64,000 bases of DNA from Phoronis australis (GCA_002633005.1 NMRA01000527.1:1-64000), one strand, 5' to 3'. Positions 37,350-52,084 are shown, numbered from the stretch's first letter. Translations and numbers: made by a program. Notes: generated from the sequence alone by a model not told the origin.

Positions 37350-37546
37350 TTTTAATTTGATTTTGCGAAGGTCACAAAAAATACAATTTTCCTTTCTTGT
37401 GGTTATGATATTGTGGGACTAATGCTCATAGATGTCATTTTTTATTTAACGAACCGTTTTTTCTTACTTTAACTTACTTTAAAGCTGGCTAATTTAACCA
37501 CCGATGTAGAGCTCAATGGAACTTTAAAAATGTTTTTGAAAGCCAA

Positions 37547-38242
37547 AGAAACCGAAGGTACAGCTTTTCCAACACATGTCAAGTGTTTTAATGAGTAAAA
37601 AAAACTACTGCCTCTCAGGAAGCCATTATCCGACCCAACGGACAAGGATGGATTCTGAAAACTTCAAACATCTAGCCTCCTAGTTTCCCTTTTTCAGCGA
37701 CAAAGGTTATCCTCTTCAGTGCAGGTCCTTGTTGCCCTCACTTAACTTCGATTCTACAGTAGATTCTTTTCCGGATAATGATTCTACCGAATTTATAGAG
37801 AAAAAATACGCGTAACCCTAGTGTAAGAATTTTTCGCTAGGACTTAGCAGCGACGGATTTCTTCACCTCTGCAGAGTGTTTTTCATTAAAAAANAGAAAC
37901 CGAAGGTACAGCTTTTCCAACACATGTCAAGTGTTTTAATGAGTAAAAAAAAACTACTGCCTCTCAGGAAGCCATTATCCGACCCAACGGACAAGGATGG
38001 ATTCTGAAAACTTCAAACATCTAGCCTCCTAGTTTCCCTTTTTCAGAGACAAAGGCTATCCTCTTCAGTGCAGGTCCTTGTTGCCCTCACTTAACTTCGA
38101 TTCTACAGTAGATTCTTTTCCGGATAATGATTCTACCGAATTTATAGAGAAAAAATACGCGTAACCCTAGTGTAAGAATTTTTCGCTAGGACTTAGCAGC
38201 GACGGATTTCTTCACCTCTGCAGAGTGTTTTTCATTAAAAAA
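37547..38242. repeat. ~347-bp near-identical tandem duplication joined by a single N (37894)
   Basis: 37547-37893 versus 37895-38242. Confidence 0.95.
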
Positions 38243-38617
38243 CTGAAAGTGACTTAAATTACGGGCAAGTCCCTGTGTATTCTATGAGTGTACGTACCCA
38301 CAGCATACATCCCGATGCGTTCAATTCTAGGTATACTACAGTCTAATCAGCATTAGGCACTCATATCACTTACAACACCTAATTCCGTTCATTACAGCGA
38401 CATGGGAAGGGTTATTTTTGTTGGTTTCACATGATTGATTTTTTTGTTTTCATACTGAAGAAAACAATTGCGAGAAAAGTGACATCAATATGAAGAATGT
38501 TACTCATTGTGCAATAAATAAGACCTTATAACAGTATATGCGGAGTAAACTTTAAATCATGAAAAAATTCGGACGTCTTCCATATCACGACTCACAACTT
38601 CGATATTAGAGTTTTTG

Positions 38618-38721
38618 GACAGTGATTCGGGTATGAATTCGGCAACTGATTAGACAGTGATTCGGATATGAATTCGGCAACTGATTGGACAGTGATTCGG
38701 ATCTGAATTCGGCAACTGATT
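38618..38721. repeat. 35-bp tandem repeat x3
   Basis: GACAGTGATTCGG.T.TGAATTCGGCAACTGATT units at 38618, 38653 and 38688. Confidence 0.92.
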
Positions 38722-40039
38722 CCTATTCAAGGTCAGTGTGATTAGTATTTCCTCGTCAAACCTGATTTCACGACTGTGTAGTCTCACAGTAATGTAGTAG
38801 CGACACCTCGCTCTGAGTCATTTTTATTAGTGTCTGACGTCCAGTCACTTCATTTCGACAGAATTTTCATTTGAGGGAAATTATAGTTTTATTACTAGTT
38901 CTGACTGAGGAATTAATTCAAGAATCTACTTGTGAAACACGGCAAACAAGACGCTGTCTGGAAACCTCAAGGACAGCTCACGAACCAATTAATGTCGGTG
39001 ATAAATAAATGGAGAAATAAGCTAAGTCACAACATCTGAAGTAGAACCCGTTCGGACAAAATTTGCTTTAACCAGTTTAGTATGATTTATTTATCGTGTA
39101 TTTTCGACACCCGACGAGAAAAAGTCACTTGGAAGACAAGTTAGCAACTGTGTCAGAATGACACTTTTGCACGAAATTTATCAAGGAATCAGTCTGAACC
39201 TATCCTTTAGTAAGCTTCGGAAACCGCGTGGTTGTTGGTGACTTAATTATCAGGGCATAATACTTTATCAAGACGCGAATAGAAAAACATAACAAAGATT
39301 ATTGGCCGACGCTAACTATAAAATGGAGATGTTCACAACATGGACAAGAAGCACTTGGTAAGCTTCTTTTGTGGAACAATAAAAAAACGCATAAACCCGT
39401 CGCAAGGGAACGCTGGCAATCTTTTGAATAACATACCTCTGTTTAAAGAACAGCAAGAAAATCGATACGTGCACACACAGACACTCAACTTCAAAAGGGA
39501 CTATCATAGATGTGACGAGATTTTTCAATTTCCTGTCGATCACGTTGCGTGAATGAGGGGCTTCCATTATAAATGTTAACAAGTGCGATGGTGAAGAGGA
39601 TCGTCGCAACAAGTGACGCGATTTCGCCAGACACGGAAACGAGGTTTTCTCTCTGCCCATGCCTCAGCATAGGCGTAGAAAAATGGCGTAACAAATGTGT
39701 GCACAACCCTCCCACCAGGTCATGAACTCCAGTTTCGTTTTCTATACTTCCCCGCAGTCGACACCAGTTTTGTTTCCTTTTATCCCCAGTCGACATTCGT
39801 TTTACCTCTACCTGTAACCCGCCAACGAACTCCGACAAAAGTTTTACCTCCGTCCCAATCTTTGGTCGTTTCAGCAGGACTGTAGATAGGTATACATAAT
39901 TGTGGAAGAGGGGCACGAACTAATTCGACTTCAACAATTTTTTCTCAGCTCATAGTCTTCCCTTTCGCCATCACTTCAGCCACCGTGACAGTAGCCAATT
40001 TCGTAATCCCCTCACCATAGGCATGATTGCTGACGAGGG

Positions 40040-43000
40040 GAAACCCCGTGAAGACAGCTACCAAAAACTTGGCTACCATATTTCAACAAAATTTTGCGAG
40101 AAAAAGTCATTTTTATACCTGAACAGGTTAGGCGGTTTGTCTCTCAAGAGGTATCTTTTAAAAAATTTATTTAATTAGAACGCCAAAAAGATGTATTGTC
40201 AAAATAATTCTTTAGAGAATCATAAAAGTAACATTAGAGACCCTTAACATGGCCTGCAGAATTCGCAGAAATACGAAATGAGTTGATGTTACTTCGTGTC
40301 AGAAACTTCGGTTATAGCTTCGTTTATATCCTTGAGTCAAGATTCACTTCATTAAGGTCCAGTATGGGGAATGGTTGCTTTATAAGGGTCATGCATTACA
40401 GGGGTACACTTTGATGGACGTGGTAGTTTTGGAGTCATTGGTACACTGCCTGAGGGTTTGTTTCAAAATCCCTTGTTTAAAATGGGTACTCGAATTTCTA
40501 TACTGGCTGCCCCCAAAGGGCGGCGGGTAAAAGATATTGGACGGCTCAAATTTCCCCAATCTACGCCAAAATTCACCACAACAACAATTTTTAAGTGGTT
40601 TCCAGATTAACAAAGTCCCATTTTTTGATTGTTTGCCCCGCATAATTATCAAGGTGCTGGTGTACAGTACCAGATTTATAAGGTGCAAAGGGGCAATTAT
40701 CCCTCACAAGCTGCCCCTAAAAGAGAAAGGCATTCTGCCCAAATACTCTAATATGAAAGACTACGTAATTTTTAAATTGAAATGAAAAACAGTTGATTCC
40801 ATCACCAGGTCACCAACATTGACACAAAATGTTGTAGGATTTCACAAAAAACATGAAAAGAGAGGCAATTTATTCTATCACTGGGGGCCCATCGTGAATT
40901 ATCACTTAAGAAAAAAGCGTGTAAATACGAACAAAACCTAAACTACCTAGAAGTTATAGCAAACGATGTAGAATTTCAAAAAGTGCGACAGATCCCTCCA
41001 TTATCCCTTCCCAAAGAGACATCCCAGGAGAAGCCCTGTTTTGCATCCCCTGAAAATTGTCATCTTGAATTTGCTAGGAAAAATCTGTACATATCAATTT
41101 TTATCGGAATTTTTCAAATATTTATGAATAAGAGCACAATTTTCAAATGTGCATATACAAAGCATGCTGTTGCGACATATCATCGCCAGAACCCCCACAG
41201 AGTAAATGCAGTTCAGGTAGTCGACAAACGTTCTCTAAATTTCATCTTTACTACACGTAACGTTAACACTTACAAGTATGATATTGAAAGATCAATGATC
41301 TCGTGAAAAGTTTCGCGCTAGTGACGAGTCAATCTTTTCTAGACTCCAGAACACACCATGACAAAACTACGCATTCTGTGAGATAAGATTTTACCAGGGC
41401 TGTGCATTTATTACGTACTAAAAGCACCCTGACACTAGTAAATGCGCAACACTGATATAATACTTATCTTACAGACTCTACACTAGTCTTTGTACAATAT
41501 TGCTAACAAGACCGTGCCGTAGGAAGAGGCACGTACCCCCCCCNNNNNNNNNNNNNNNNNNNNNNNNNNNNNNNNNNNNNNNNNNNNNNNNNNNNNNNNN
41601 NNNNNNNNNNNNNNNNNNNNNNNNNNNNNNNNNNNNNNNNNNNNNNNNNNNNNNNNNNNNNNNNNNNNNNNNNNNNNNNNNNNNNNNNNNNNNNNNNNNN
41701 NNNNNNNNNNNNNNNNNNNNNNNNNNNNNNNNNNNNNNNNNNNNNNNNNNNNNNNNNNNNNNNNNNNNNNNNNNNNNNNNNNNNNNNNNNNNNNNNNGAA
41801 ACCCCGTGAAGACAGCTACCAAAAAACTTGGCTACCATATTTCAACAAAATTTTGCGAGAAAAAGTCATTTTTATACCTGAACAGGTTAGGCGGTTTGTC
41901 TCTCAAGGGGTATGTTTTAAAAATTTTATTTAATTATGACGCCAAAAAGATGTATTGTCAAAATAATTCTTTAGAGAATCATAAAAGTAACATTAGAGAC
42001 CCTTAACATGGCCTGCAGAATTCGCAGAAATACGAAATGAGTTGATGTTACTTCGTGTCTGAAACGTCGGTTATAGCTTCGTTTATATCCGTCTATGTCT
42101 GTGAGTCAAGATTCACTTCATTAAGGTCCAGTATGGGGAATGGTTGCTTTATAAGGGTCATGCATTACAGGGGTACACTTTGATGGACGTGGTAGTTTTG
42201 GAGTCATTGGTACACTGCCTGAGGGGTTGTTTCAAAATCCCTTGTTGAAAATGGGTACCCGAATTTCTATATTGGCTGCCCCAAAGGGCGCCGGGTAAAA
42301 GATATTGAACGGCTCAAATTTCACCACTCTACGCCAAAATTCACCAAAACAACAATTTTTAAGTGGTTTCCAGATTAACAAAGTCTCACTTTTTGATTAT
42401 TTGCCCCGCATAATTATCAAGGTGCTGGTGTACAGTGCCAGATTTATAAGGTGCAAAGGGGCAATTATCCCTCACAGGCTGCCCCTAAAAGAGAAAGGCA
42501 TTCTGCCCAAATACTCTAATATGAAAGACTACGTAATTTTGAAATTGAAATGAAAAACAGTTGATTCCATCACCAGGTCACCAACATTGACACAAAATGT
42601 TGTAGGATTTCACAAAAAAGCATGAAAAGAGAGGCAATTTATTCTATCACTGGGGGCCCTTCGTGAATGATGATTTAAGAAAAAAGCGTGTAAATACGAA
42701 CAAAACCTAAACTACCTAGAAGTTATGTCAAACGATGTATAATTTCAAAAAGCGCGACAGATCCCTCCATTATCCCTTCCCAAAGAGACATTCCAGGAGA
42801 AGCCCTGTTTTGCATCCCCTGAAAATTGTCATCTTGAATTTGCTAGGAAAAATCTGTACATATCAATTTTTATCGGACTTTTTCAAATATTTATGAATAA
42901 GAGCACAATTTTCAAATGTGCATATACAAAGCATGCTGTTGCGACATGTCATCGCCAGAACCCCCACAGAGTAAATGCAGTTCAGGTAGTCGAGAAACGT

Positions 43001-43313
43001 TCTCTAAATTTCATCTTTACTACACGTAACGTTAACACTTACAAGTATGATATTGAAAGATCAATGTTCTCGTGAAAAGTTTCGCGCTAGTGACGTGTCA
43101 ATCTTTTCTAGACTCCAGAACACACCATGACACAACTACGCATTCTGTGAGATAAGGTTTTTACCAGTGCTGTGCATTTATTACGTACTAAAAGCACCCT
43201 GCCACTAGTAAATGCGCAACACTGATATAATACTTATCTTACAGACTCTACACTAGTCTTTGTACAATATTGCTAACAAGACCGTGCCGTAGGAAGAGGC
43301 ACGTACCCCCCCC
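40040..43313. repeat. ~1.5-kb near-identical duplication (40040-41543 / 41798-43313) flanking an N gap (41544-41797)
   Basis: Both copies run GAAACCCCGTGAAGACAGC ... GAGGCACGTACCCCCCC, with scattered substitutions and small indels. Confidence 0.95.
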
Positions 43314-46300
43314 NCGTAGAACTGGGGGCAGGGGGCAGTCGAGAAAAGAAAAGACAATCAAATGTAGAGAAGAGAAAATTTAAGAGAACAGTGTTCATTA
43401 ATCCCTTCAAGGCCCTGACTAGGAATTATGTGTCAGCGTGGGCGGTATATTTCTGAAGTATAGATCGTCTAAGGGCACATGAAACGCGTTCTTAGTCATA
43501 CATGCTTCCAAAAAGTCAAAAAGAATTGTTACGGACAGATTTTACAGAGTAAATTGATTTTTTAATTCAAAAACACACCGCATTTCTCCTGGGACCCTCC
43601 TCTGGCAAGGAATAATGAAGTAATTTGATGCTCTCTCTCTTTTCAATTTTTTAAAAATTTTATCACTTGATATAAATTGATAACATTAATTGCTGCTCGT
43701 TTCCTGTTTTTCAAATAAAATATCCTTTCATATTAAGGACACTCAACCCTTAAATGAGCCCGTTGATGTCATATATGATCACCCTTTACCAGTAACTATT
43801 ATGTCCTCTCATGGAGGAGGATCCCAGTGTTGGGATCTTTTGCCTCACTTTTCTTGTTTTGGCAAAATTTTCATTCAATCTTTTAAGTTAAAGAAAGAGA
43901 GACATCCGTTGATAGGCATAACTTTTACTCTTTTATAGTTATTAATGATATTGCCTTTTATATTAATGAGTTCACTTTCAGACGGAGCCTCTCTTTGAGG
44001 GGCCACACTAGGTAACTGGCCTTTTGTACCCCTATAAATCCGGCACTGTCAACTATTCACATAGAAAAGAAAACAAAATTTCAAACTGGTCTATTAAAAA
44101 CAGAACCGTTTCATGGTAAAGTAGAGCACTATCAAGACATGCACACAACTAAAACTGGGAGAAAATGTGAGATTGTATCAGAAAAACAACAGTAAAATCT
44201 GCCATCGAAAGGATGGAAGTTTGAAGAACTTGAAGACCACTATTCGTGAACAAGACAAAGGCACTATTTTCGATGAGTTTTTTGCGATAAAAACATCGAC
44301 ACATTTTTTCAAAGAACCCTAAAAATAATATTTCTTTTAAAGATCGTTATTAGGAACACACACATGTCGATCAGACTGTCGGGGGCTATGAATTTTTGAT
44401 GGGCGTGCACAGTGTACATGTCTAATGGATTAATTTACTCGAAGTACATTTTCTGGCACTACAAAACAAAAAATTCTGCAAATTTAACCTCTTAACCGCA
44501 ACAGGGAACCACTGAAATGAAGCAGAATTCACGTTAAAATCAATAAATTCTAAAAAATTCCCCCCATCGGATGCCCTGTCTCTCACTCTCCCCCGGTTGC
44601 CGGTCATGTATCTCTAAGCAGGCCATTGGGAATTGCTGAACAGTTCAACAATTACGGATTTCAAAATATCTTGTACTTTTACAAACTCAAAAGGCGCCCT
44701 GTGTGCGTCTTTAGTTTTACGTTGTGCTGTCAGGTGACGTCCCAATCTGTCAAGCTTATTTTCTTCTGGTAACCTGTAAGGGTTCATTGGTTTCTTATTT
44801 ACATGTTAATGCATCAATGAAAATCGACTGATTCCAAGCTAATCGTGCAAGAAATTGACGATGCTTCACTAAAATTAGATCCAGGCTGAACTTTCGAGAA
44901 AATGTCAGTCAACGGATTCCAACAAAGAAAGTGCACTTGGTGATTTCTCCGAATCTAAAAGAAACCTCTAAGGAATAGTAAATTCGGTGAATTTGGTTGT
45001 AGGTTGATGAACTGCGGTCTGTTGAGTATCATTTGCTCTTCCTCGGAGGAGGGGAGGAAGTTCAGTCACCAGAAATTTGAGTATCGGTGTTTCAACAAGA
45101 GATTTCGAAACAAACCCAGGGACCCTGGAACTGCAGCCTTTCAAAGTGCACGTCCAAATCATGGTCCTAAAATGAACTCTCCACAAGTGGGAATAGACTA
45201 AACTATATCCGAAGTTTCCTAGAAGATGTTCCATACGCTTTACTACTTAATTCCGAGGTGATCACGTGATGCTTTTTTCGTATTTTCTCAGCCCGCGATG
45301 AGAGTTTCTGTCCTCCTTTTTATCCCTCTTAAAGAGTGACTTCGGAAATACATGTTTTGGCAGCCTAATAATAATAGAATTTCGTAAAAATATACCATTA
45401 ACGGTAAAAATAATACTCCAAAAGCACAACGCGTGTAAAGCGTTCAGGCTTAAAGTGACCCTGACCTTCCTCGTGAAATTTTGTTGAAACATGGGAATAC
45501 AAGTTTGTCGTTGCTGCTCCTCGGTGTTTTCTTCTTTAACTGCACGCCTATGTTGAGGGTGTGAATTTGGCGACGACCAGGGGTAGTGGAGCTGATGGGG
45601 GAAGAATCTGAAATTCGGGCCCACTTTGAGCAAAAATTGATTGGGCGAAGTCAAATCAGTTTATGTTTACATTCCTACCTGCCAGTGGGATATGGCTTAG
45701 AATAACTCATGTACAGAATAGTAACAAAACAACAAGGCAAACAGTATTTAATGTATTTACTACAGCTTTTTTAAACATGAAAGTAACAACATCTATAACG
45801 ATAGTCATACCACGTGGCGATCCAAATAAGCAAGTGATTGGTCATGATTGAAATAAAAATATACGATGCGTAACGCGACAATCACGTGGTACAGATATCG
45901 CTTTGGTCGAACAGAAAATTTTAGTAATCCCCCTTCTGACGAAGACGAAGTCTGGAATACCCACTTTCCTCGAATCCATGATTTTTTAAATACCAATCAA
46001 CCCTTATTGCAGACATCTTGTGTTACATTGGTTATTTTTCGTAATTAATTGTTCGTATTATATGCATTATGTCCGCGATGGTAGAACAAAGATCAATAAA
46101 GCGGTTGCTGAACATGGTTGAGTTCCATAGACGCAAAGAATTTCGCCGACTAAGAGCGTTTTCGAGTGGTTTTTGTCTCTGCGGAACACATGCCCGGGTT
46201 CAGTTTTTTTATAAGAAGCACGTTTACCCTAAATCCATTTGCGGGGCGTCTCACTGATTATGAGGTTCTATTTGACACACCAATGCTCTACCTAGTCTAC

Positions 46301-47586
46301 CGGGCCCAAGGAAGACAGGTCCTAACTGTAACGTTTGTCCGAGGATGGTAACCCTGTAGCGACTTTAACTCAAAGCTCAGTAACCTTTTGAACAGTTTCA
46401 ACATACCCATATCTTGTGTGTTTTGAAACTAATTTCAACAAGTGACGTCATCGAAATGGGAGAAATGGAATGTTTTCATGTTTGACTATTTAGGACTAGT
46501 CGAACAAAATACCAATGCGAAAGTTAAAAGTGATAATGATAATATAAGTTAGGTCAGTTATCTAGCACTTTAAATCACCAAGCACTTTAAAAGTACGCGA
46601 GGGTTTAACCTGATCACTAGTCTTAATGATTGTTCAACTCTCCTGGTGAATGGGTACAACTAACAGATAATTGTCGGCATGACGTCAACAGCATTGCTCA
46701 ACAAGTTTAACGTGACACGTGATGAAATGACAGCGTTATTACTTCGGTCTAAGTTAAGACTAATTAGTTTCGTGAAAAGGAGACCAGGGACTTACAATCA
46801 GAAATCCCGTCAATCTTGCGTCAGTATTTGACCTCAGGAGAGAGCAAAGTATAGACAACATCCAATGCTTTTTTCCTGTACCGATATCACGGACATTATC
46901 TAAAAGGCACTTCAGTCGAGTGTCCTCTCTGTCACGAAAACCTAAATGTTCTGATGATGTCCACGTCGGCGTCTTTTCTTGCTACGCTATACTCAACATG
47001 GTGTGTACACGCCGAAGACGCATTGAAGGGCTATTTCTTTTCCCCTGGCGCCTAAAACATGAAACTCACAAAATAGCTAAATCCACGTCATTCCGCCCAT
47101 TAGAGGAACATTTCATTTAGATCCCTTCTCGCTGTAAAATTATCTCAACCTGTTCCTTACTCAGATGAAAAGTGATTTCTGGATTTGCAAACTGAAGAAC
47201 TGACAATTTTATTCGTTGATGCCATGCAGGGCGCATAAAATGACAACCTAACTTGTAGAGGTGGTCTCAAACAGTGACAAAATGTCACTTCCCTGAAATC
47301 ATCTGCAAAGTTCATAACGGTAACTGGTCTAAATCAAAAGTTGTTTTTGTAATGAAAGGCGGGCTTATAGCCGCTTGGTTATCACTTTAACAAGCGGCTT
47401 TCAAAAATGCCCTCGTTGTTCGTTTTTACCATCAAATGGATTGAGAGATCACCATTTACTGATGCAAAGAGGACAAATCTTGGACAGGTTGACCAACCCT
47501 GACCAGACAGGGGACTCTGCCACTCTTTTTCACTGTGTCCAATGTTCTATATAATATTGTGTAGAAGCCAAAACGGTAATTTTAGA

Positions 47587-47685
47587 GGAGGCAGTGTGGC
47601 CTAGAGTGATGGTGCCCGCCTTCTTTACTCGTGGGTTCGAGTCCCACTGGGCCACACTGCTAGACCATTGAGTCAGGTATCTAGC
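47587..47685 (+). mobile_element. tRNA-derived SINE head (Pol III A and B boxes)
   Basis: A-box-like TGGCCTAGAGTG (~47597) and B-box GGTTCGAGTCC (47634-47644); no proper anticodon arm, so not a functional tRNA. Confidence 0.65.
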
Positions 47686-50600
47686 TCCTCAGCTAGGTTT
47701 TAACTATATATTAATAAAGCACAAAACATATTTCCAGGTGATCAGTGCAATGGGCCCACATGCCCGGACAGCGCACGTCTGGTACAACGTGTACCAGACC
47801 GCCTGCAATTATATATTTTTGTATTATAAAAAACGGTGTATTTTTGGAACTCAAAATGCAGAAAAGTATCACGTTTACTTACGCCGGAGTTAGAAATTTA
47901 GTAAACTGGGAAATATGATTAAAGTCGTCAAAAGATGAAACTGACACCATACCCGTTTTGAAGTTATTAATTATTGTTGGATGGGATAGACTTGTTGAAG
48001 TTATTAGTGTTGGATGGGATAGATTTCTTGAAGTTATTACCTTTGACCAGAGTAATGAAACAACGAATGTGTTATTTTTGTTATATATTTTATGTCACCA
48101 ATTATCAACGCCATCTGGCTGACATTCAGTAAAATCAAGGCTGGTGTCATTTACCACCGAGCTATTTACCGCTGGGATTGGTTCAGCGGTAGAGCAATCG
48201 GCCGATACTGAGGATATTAGTTGGTCAGATTCCATCTCCGATAATTTCTGCAAAATAACTTTTCTCACCGAGGTCTCTTTAATCGAAAAGAATGCTGGAA
48301 ATACGAACATGTTGAAAATTTCAAATTAGACTGAAAGTTACAGATTGGGATGCCAGCGGAACCAAATACCAAATGCGGGGTTAACGGAATTTTCCCTATA
48401 AACAGCTTTCCACTTTTTCCACCTGTGTCAGGGTCCAAGATCTAAACTGTTGCCTTCACTTGAAGCGTGCGCTCCTAAATTTTTTATGAAACTGTGACAA
48501 ACAAAGTGTCGATCCTTCTTGTGCGCCGCTCCGGTCATATTTTGTCTAAACTTCCATACAATTGTTAACAGCCAAGGCTTAGTTAAACAGCACAGCTGGA
48601 TAACTTGTAAGAATCGCTAATAAGGAAAGCGAGGCTTTTCTCGTGACATGAATTCGTGTAGAGGCCGAGTTTTATCATCATGTGCCAACTGAATCCAAAC
48701 GGTCCAAAATCCTGCGAAACTTTGATTTCACGGTATCGTTTTTTACTACGACGCTGGACCCCCTTAACTGACACGGGCCTCTGGCACTGTGTCCCTCTAC
48801 CCTGACCACCTCTCGAAGCCACAGGGGGTGGGTACGTTATTAAACCCTTCCATTAAGAATTCAACATTTAACGGCGCCCCGCGATCACTAAGACAGCATT
48901 TTTAGAAATACTTTGAAACTTGAAAGGATGATATGCCCGATGTATAGTTTGCTTTAGGTAATGAGCAAGAAAGAAACCTCCTACTATAGACTGTGTGCGT
49001 CGGCACTTGCTTGTAGAATATTGCCCTAAACTTCGGTCAGATAATTATTTCAGTGGTACCGTCTTTAAGTTTCATCAGTCACCTTTGCCTAAAGTAGTTT
49101 GCTAAGCTGCAGCGCGTTACGTGACTTTTTGAACGGTAATTCTAAACAATTATTGAACAAGGCGCCAGTTCGTCAAGCGTAAGAAATTGGCAATTAGGGA
49201 AAAGTCAACAAAGTTTAAATCACGACTAAAAATTTCAATCAAAGTAAAAATAACTCACTAATTACAAAAACATTTTATTTTCTACAAACACTACGACTCC
49301 GTTATGACAATACAGAGACGGGTTAAAAAGAAATAACATTTCACGATACAATACATATGAAATAAAACTGTTGCAGTCACTTCGTAGCAACAGGTCTCGC
49401 AGTGCCGAGTTTACAACGTGATCGAAAGTTTTTCGGAACGATGACGTTTGGCAGTCACATCCACATCTGTTAACATCAGTTGTATATGAAGTTAAACCTA
49501 TAAAAGTGAACGGTAACAGGTTTAACTGCAAGTCAATAACAAAACTTCACAGAAAAGTACATCACGAAACACAAATCCTGGCGGGGAGGTAAAAACTAAC
49601 GGAAAAAACGCACAAGGTCAAGGCCTGAGACTAACACAAATTTTACTCCTAACTTGTCTCGAGAATTGACCGATGAAGTGGAAGCTTCCGCTAAGCTTCA
49701 AGATTTCACCTGCTATGACTGGTCAATCCAAGTTCAGTGGTCAGTCTCCAGCCAACCTCTTACACAAATTCCATTCAATATACATACACATTCTATGATT
49801 ATGATGTATTTACTTTACCCAAACAATACTTTACCTAAATTTTGAACATGACGCTAAAGTGTCAAGTATCTAAATTTAAATTAACAAGGAACAAGCCCTC
49901 TCATTCCCAAGGGTTGTTGTATCTAGCTTCAGAGATCACTGTGGACAGATGTAGCACAAACAAGATTAAATCGCCAAGTTGAGCTCTGGAGAGCCACTCA
50001 AAACTCTGCTATCAGCTACCCACAACATCTCAACAAAGGTTAGACTTGAGATTCTTAATGTAGAAATCATATTAGAACGGGATTATCACATCAAAGACTT
50101 CATACTGGACACTCCAGGGACACGTCGTCTTGTAACTACAGAAAGGTTTCTGTCAACACAGTCTGTCAACACTTCGGCCAATCAGAGGCCAGCAGTACAT
50201 GACAAGGTGTTACCCATCTGTTCAGACATTCTTAGTCGCAGGGTCCACCTGTTCAGGTGTACACAATCAGAACAGGTAAAAATGAACCAACGTGGGTGTA
50301 TGTTTACCTAACGGGCTGGGACAAAAATGAAACCGACCCCTCTGCATGAATAGTCAAACGAGAGGAGATTATTAACAGACACTGGCACACATGGAAATGA
50401 AAAGACCTTTACGGTACATTTACAGTCCAGTTGCAAAATGAACATGGGACTCAAGGGCACAAGCGTATGGTCTATAACAAGCACTTTTGAGCATTCATTC
50501 AAATTCAGCAAACGGATTTTTCTAAAAGTATGACCTCACGCGGCACATGAGCATTTTACAAAATTTACAAACAAAGGAAACATTACATCCAGAAAATGTC

Positions 50601-51092
50601 CACGGAACCTAGCAGAAGTGCTAAAACTCGGGTCTTCACTTAAATGTAAGTTGCATAAAAATCTGAGGTGAAAGCCAGGGTTTCCACATTCATTACTTTA
50701 GAAAGGGTGGGGTTACTTTTGTCTGTGAGACAACAGCAAAGAGATCATCTAATGGGGATAACATTACAATGACAGATGAGACAAGACGCGGACAATGGCT
50801 AGATCAAAGAACACAGCCTGGGGCCTTTCCTATGTGGATGGAGAAAAATGGTATAAGGACTAAATCTGATTGGCGAAAACAATTCCAGGGAGCAAGAACC
50901 AACCACATGCTTTTAAAATACCACATCAAAGAAGATGCACATCTCTACACTTTTTTGAATAACTTAGGATTGTCGTTGGTGATAGAAAATATGCAAGAAC
51001 TGGAAAGAAAACTATCAACTTGATACGAATTATATTCAAAGCAACAATATTCGCTGACATCTGAAACTTATCAACAAGAAAATGCCTACTAT

Positions 51093-51230
51093 CATGGGCG
51101 GTGCACCATAGGGGGCTGTAGCCCCCACTTTTTTCAGTGCTCCAGCGCTTATGGTCTATGGGCGGTGTACCACAGGGGGGCTGGGGAGGGGGCTATAGCC
51201 CCCACTTTTTTCACTGCTGCACCGCCCATG
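51093..51230. mobile_element. 138-bp MITE with perfect 13-bp TIRs and an internally duplicated left end
   Basis: CATGGGCGGTGCA ... TGCACCGCCCATG; internal ATGGGCGGTGTACCA repeat; no clear TSD. Confidence 0.7.
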
Positions 51231-51779
51231 ACAAAAACATTAGTACTGAAACAGTAAAAATACTTCAATAAAACTAGGTTTATAAAACACAGAGTATGAA
51301 TCCTTAACAAATCGCAAAGTACAAGAACCAAAAGTGGAAGAAAATCAGAGTAAAATATTCAGACAAACAAATTATTTCACAAACTTTCGGTATTTAAAAT
51401 TCAAAATCAACTCTAACCTATGAATTGCAGGCATATGTTCCAACCTTAATTAGCTAAGAACAATGCAAATTAACACAGAGGCTAATTAGTAATTCATGTT
51501 AACTTTATTGAGTATCAATGTTTCGTTTAAAGTGGTGTTGAGTTTCAAAGATTTTACATAAGCCTTGGACAAAAGATAAACGAAGGATTAGTACATTTAG
51601 GTGGCCACCTCAGGCCAGCCTTAATCAATAGGCAAACATAGTTCCTTAATTACTGAAGTTTATGGTTTGTAAAGCTGTTATCTAATACGCATTCCTAACC
51701 TCAAACAAATACATCTCAAGGGCTCCAAAGCAGAAAAATGACTAATAACACACATTTGGTCCTACACTCCCACCTAACA

Positions 51780-52084
51780 TTTGCTAAATAAAAGTTTAGT
51801 CTTGTAATTATTAGCAATAATGAATAATAATTTGTACTAATTTTCTTGGGCTCCCAATTTACAGTTGCTAAACAAAGGTTTAATTAGTTGTGTAATTATT
51901 AGCAACAAGAAATAATAATTTCTAAGTTGCTAAACAAAGGTTTAGTTGTGTAATTATTAGCAGCAAGAAATAATAATTTCTAAGTTGCTAAACAAAGGTT
52001 TAGTTGCGTAATTATTAGCAGCAAGAAATAATAATTTCTAAGTTGCTAAACGAAGGTTTAGTTGTGTAATTATTAGCAACAAGA
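51780..52084. repeat. 58-bp AT-rich tandem repeat, ~5 copies
   Basis: GTTGCTAAACAAAGGTTTAGTTGTGTAATTATTAGC units at 51926, 51984 and 52042, plus degenerate upstream copies. Confidence 0.9.

Noticed and set aside
48171-48241. tRNA-like string GGTTCAGCGGTAGAGC...GGTCAGATTCC
   Set aside because: B box is degenerate and there is no convincing cloverleaf; at most a very old SINE relic.
50769-51023. 84-aa ORF with faint SAND-like KSDWRK
   Set aside because: Other SAND residues are missing and there is no clear exon structure.
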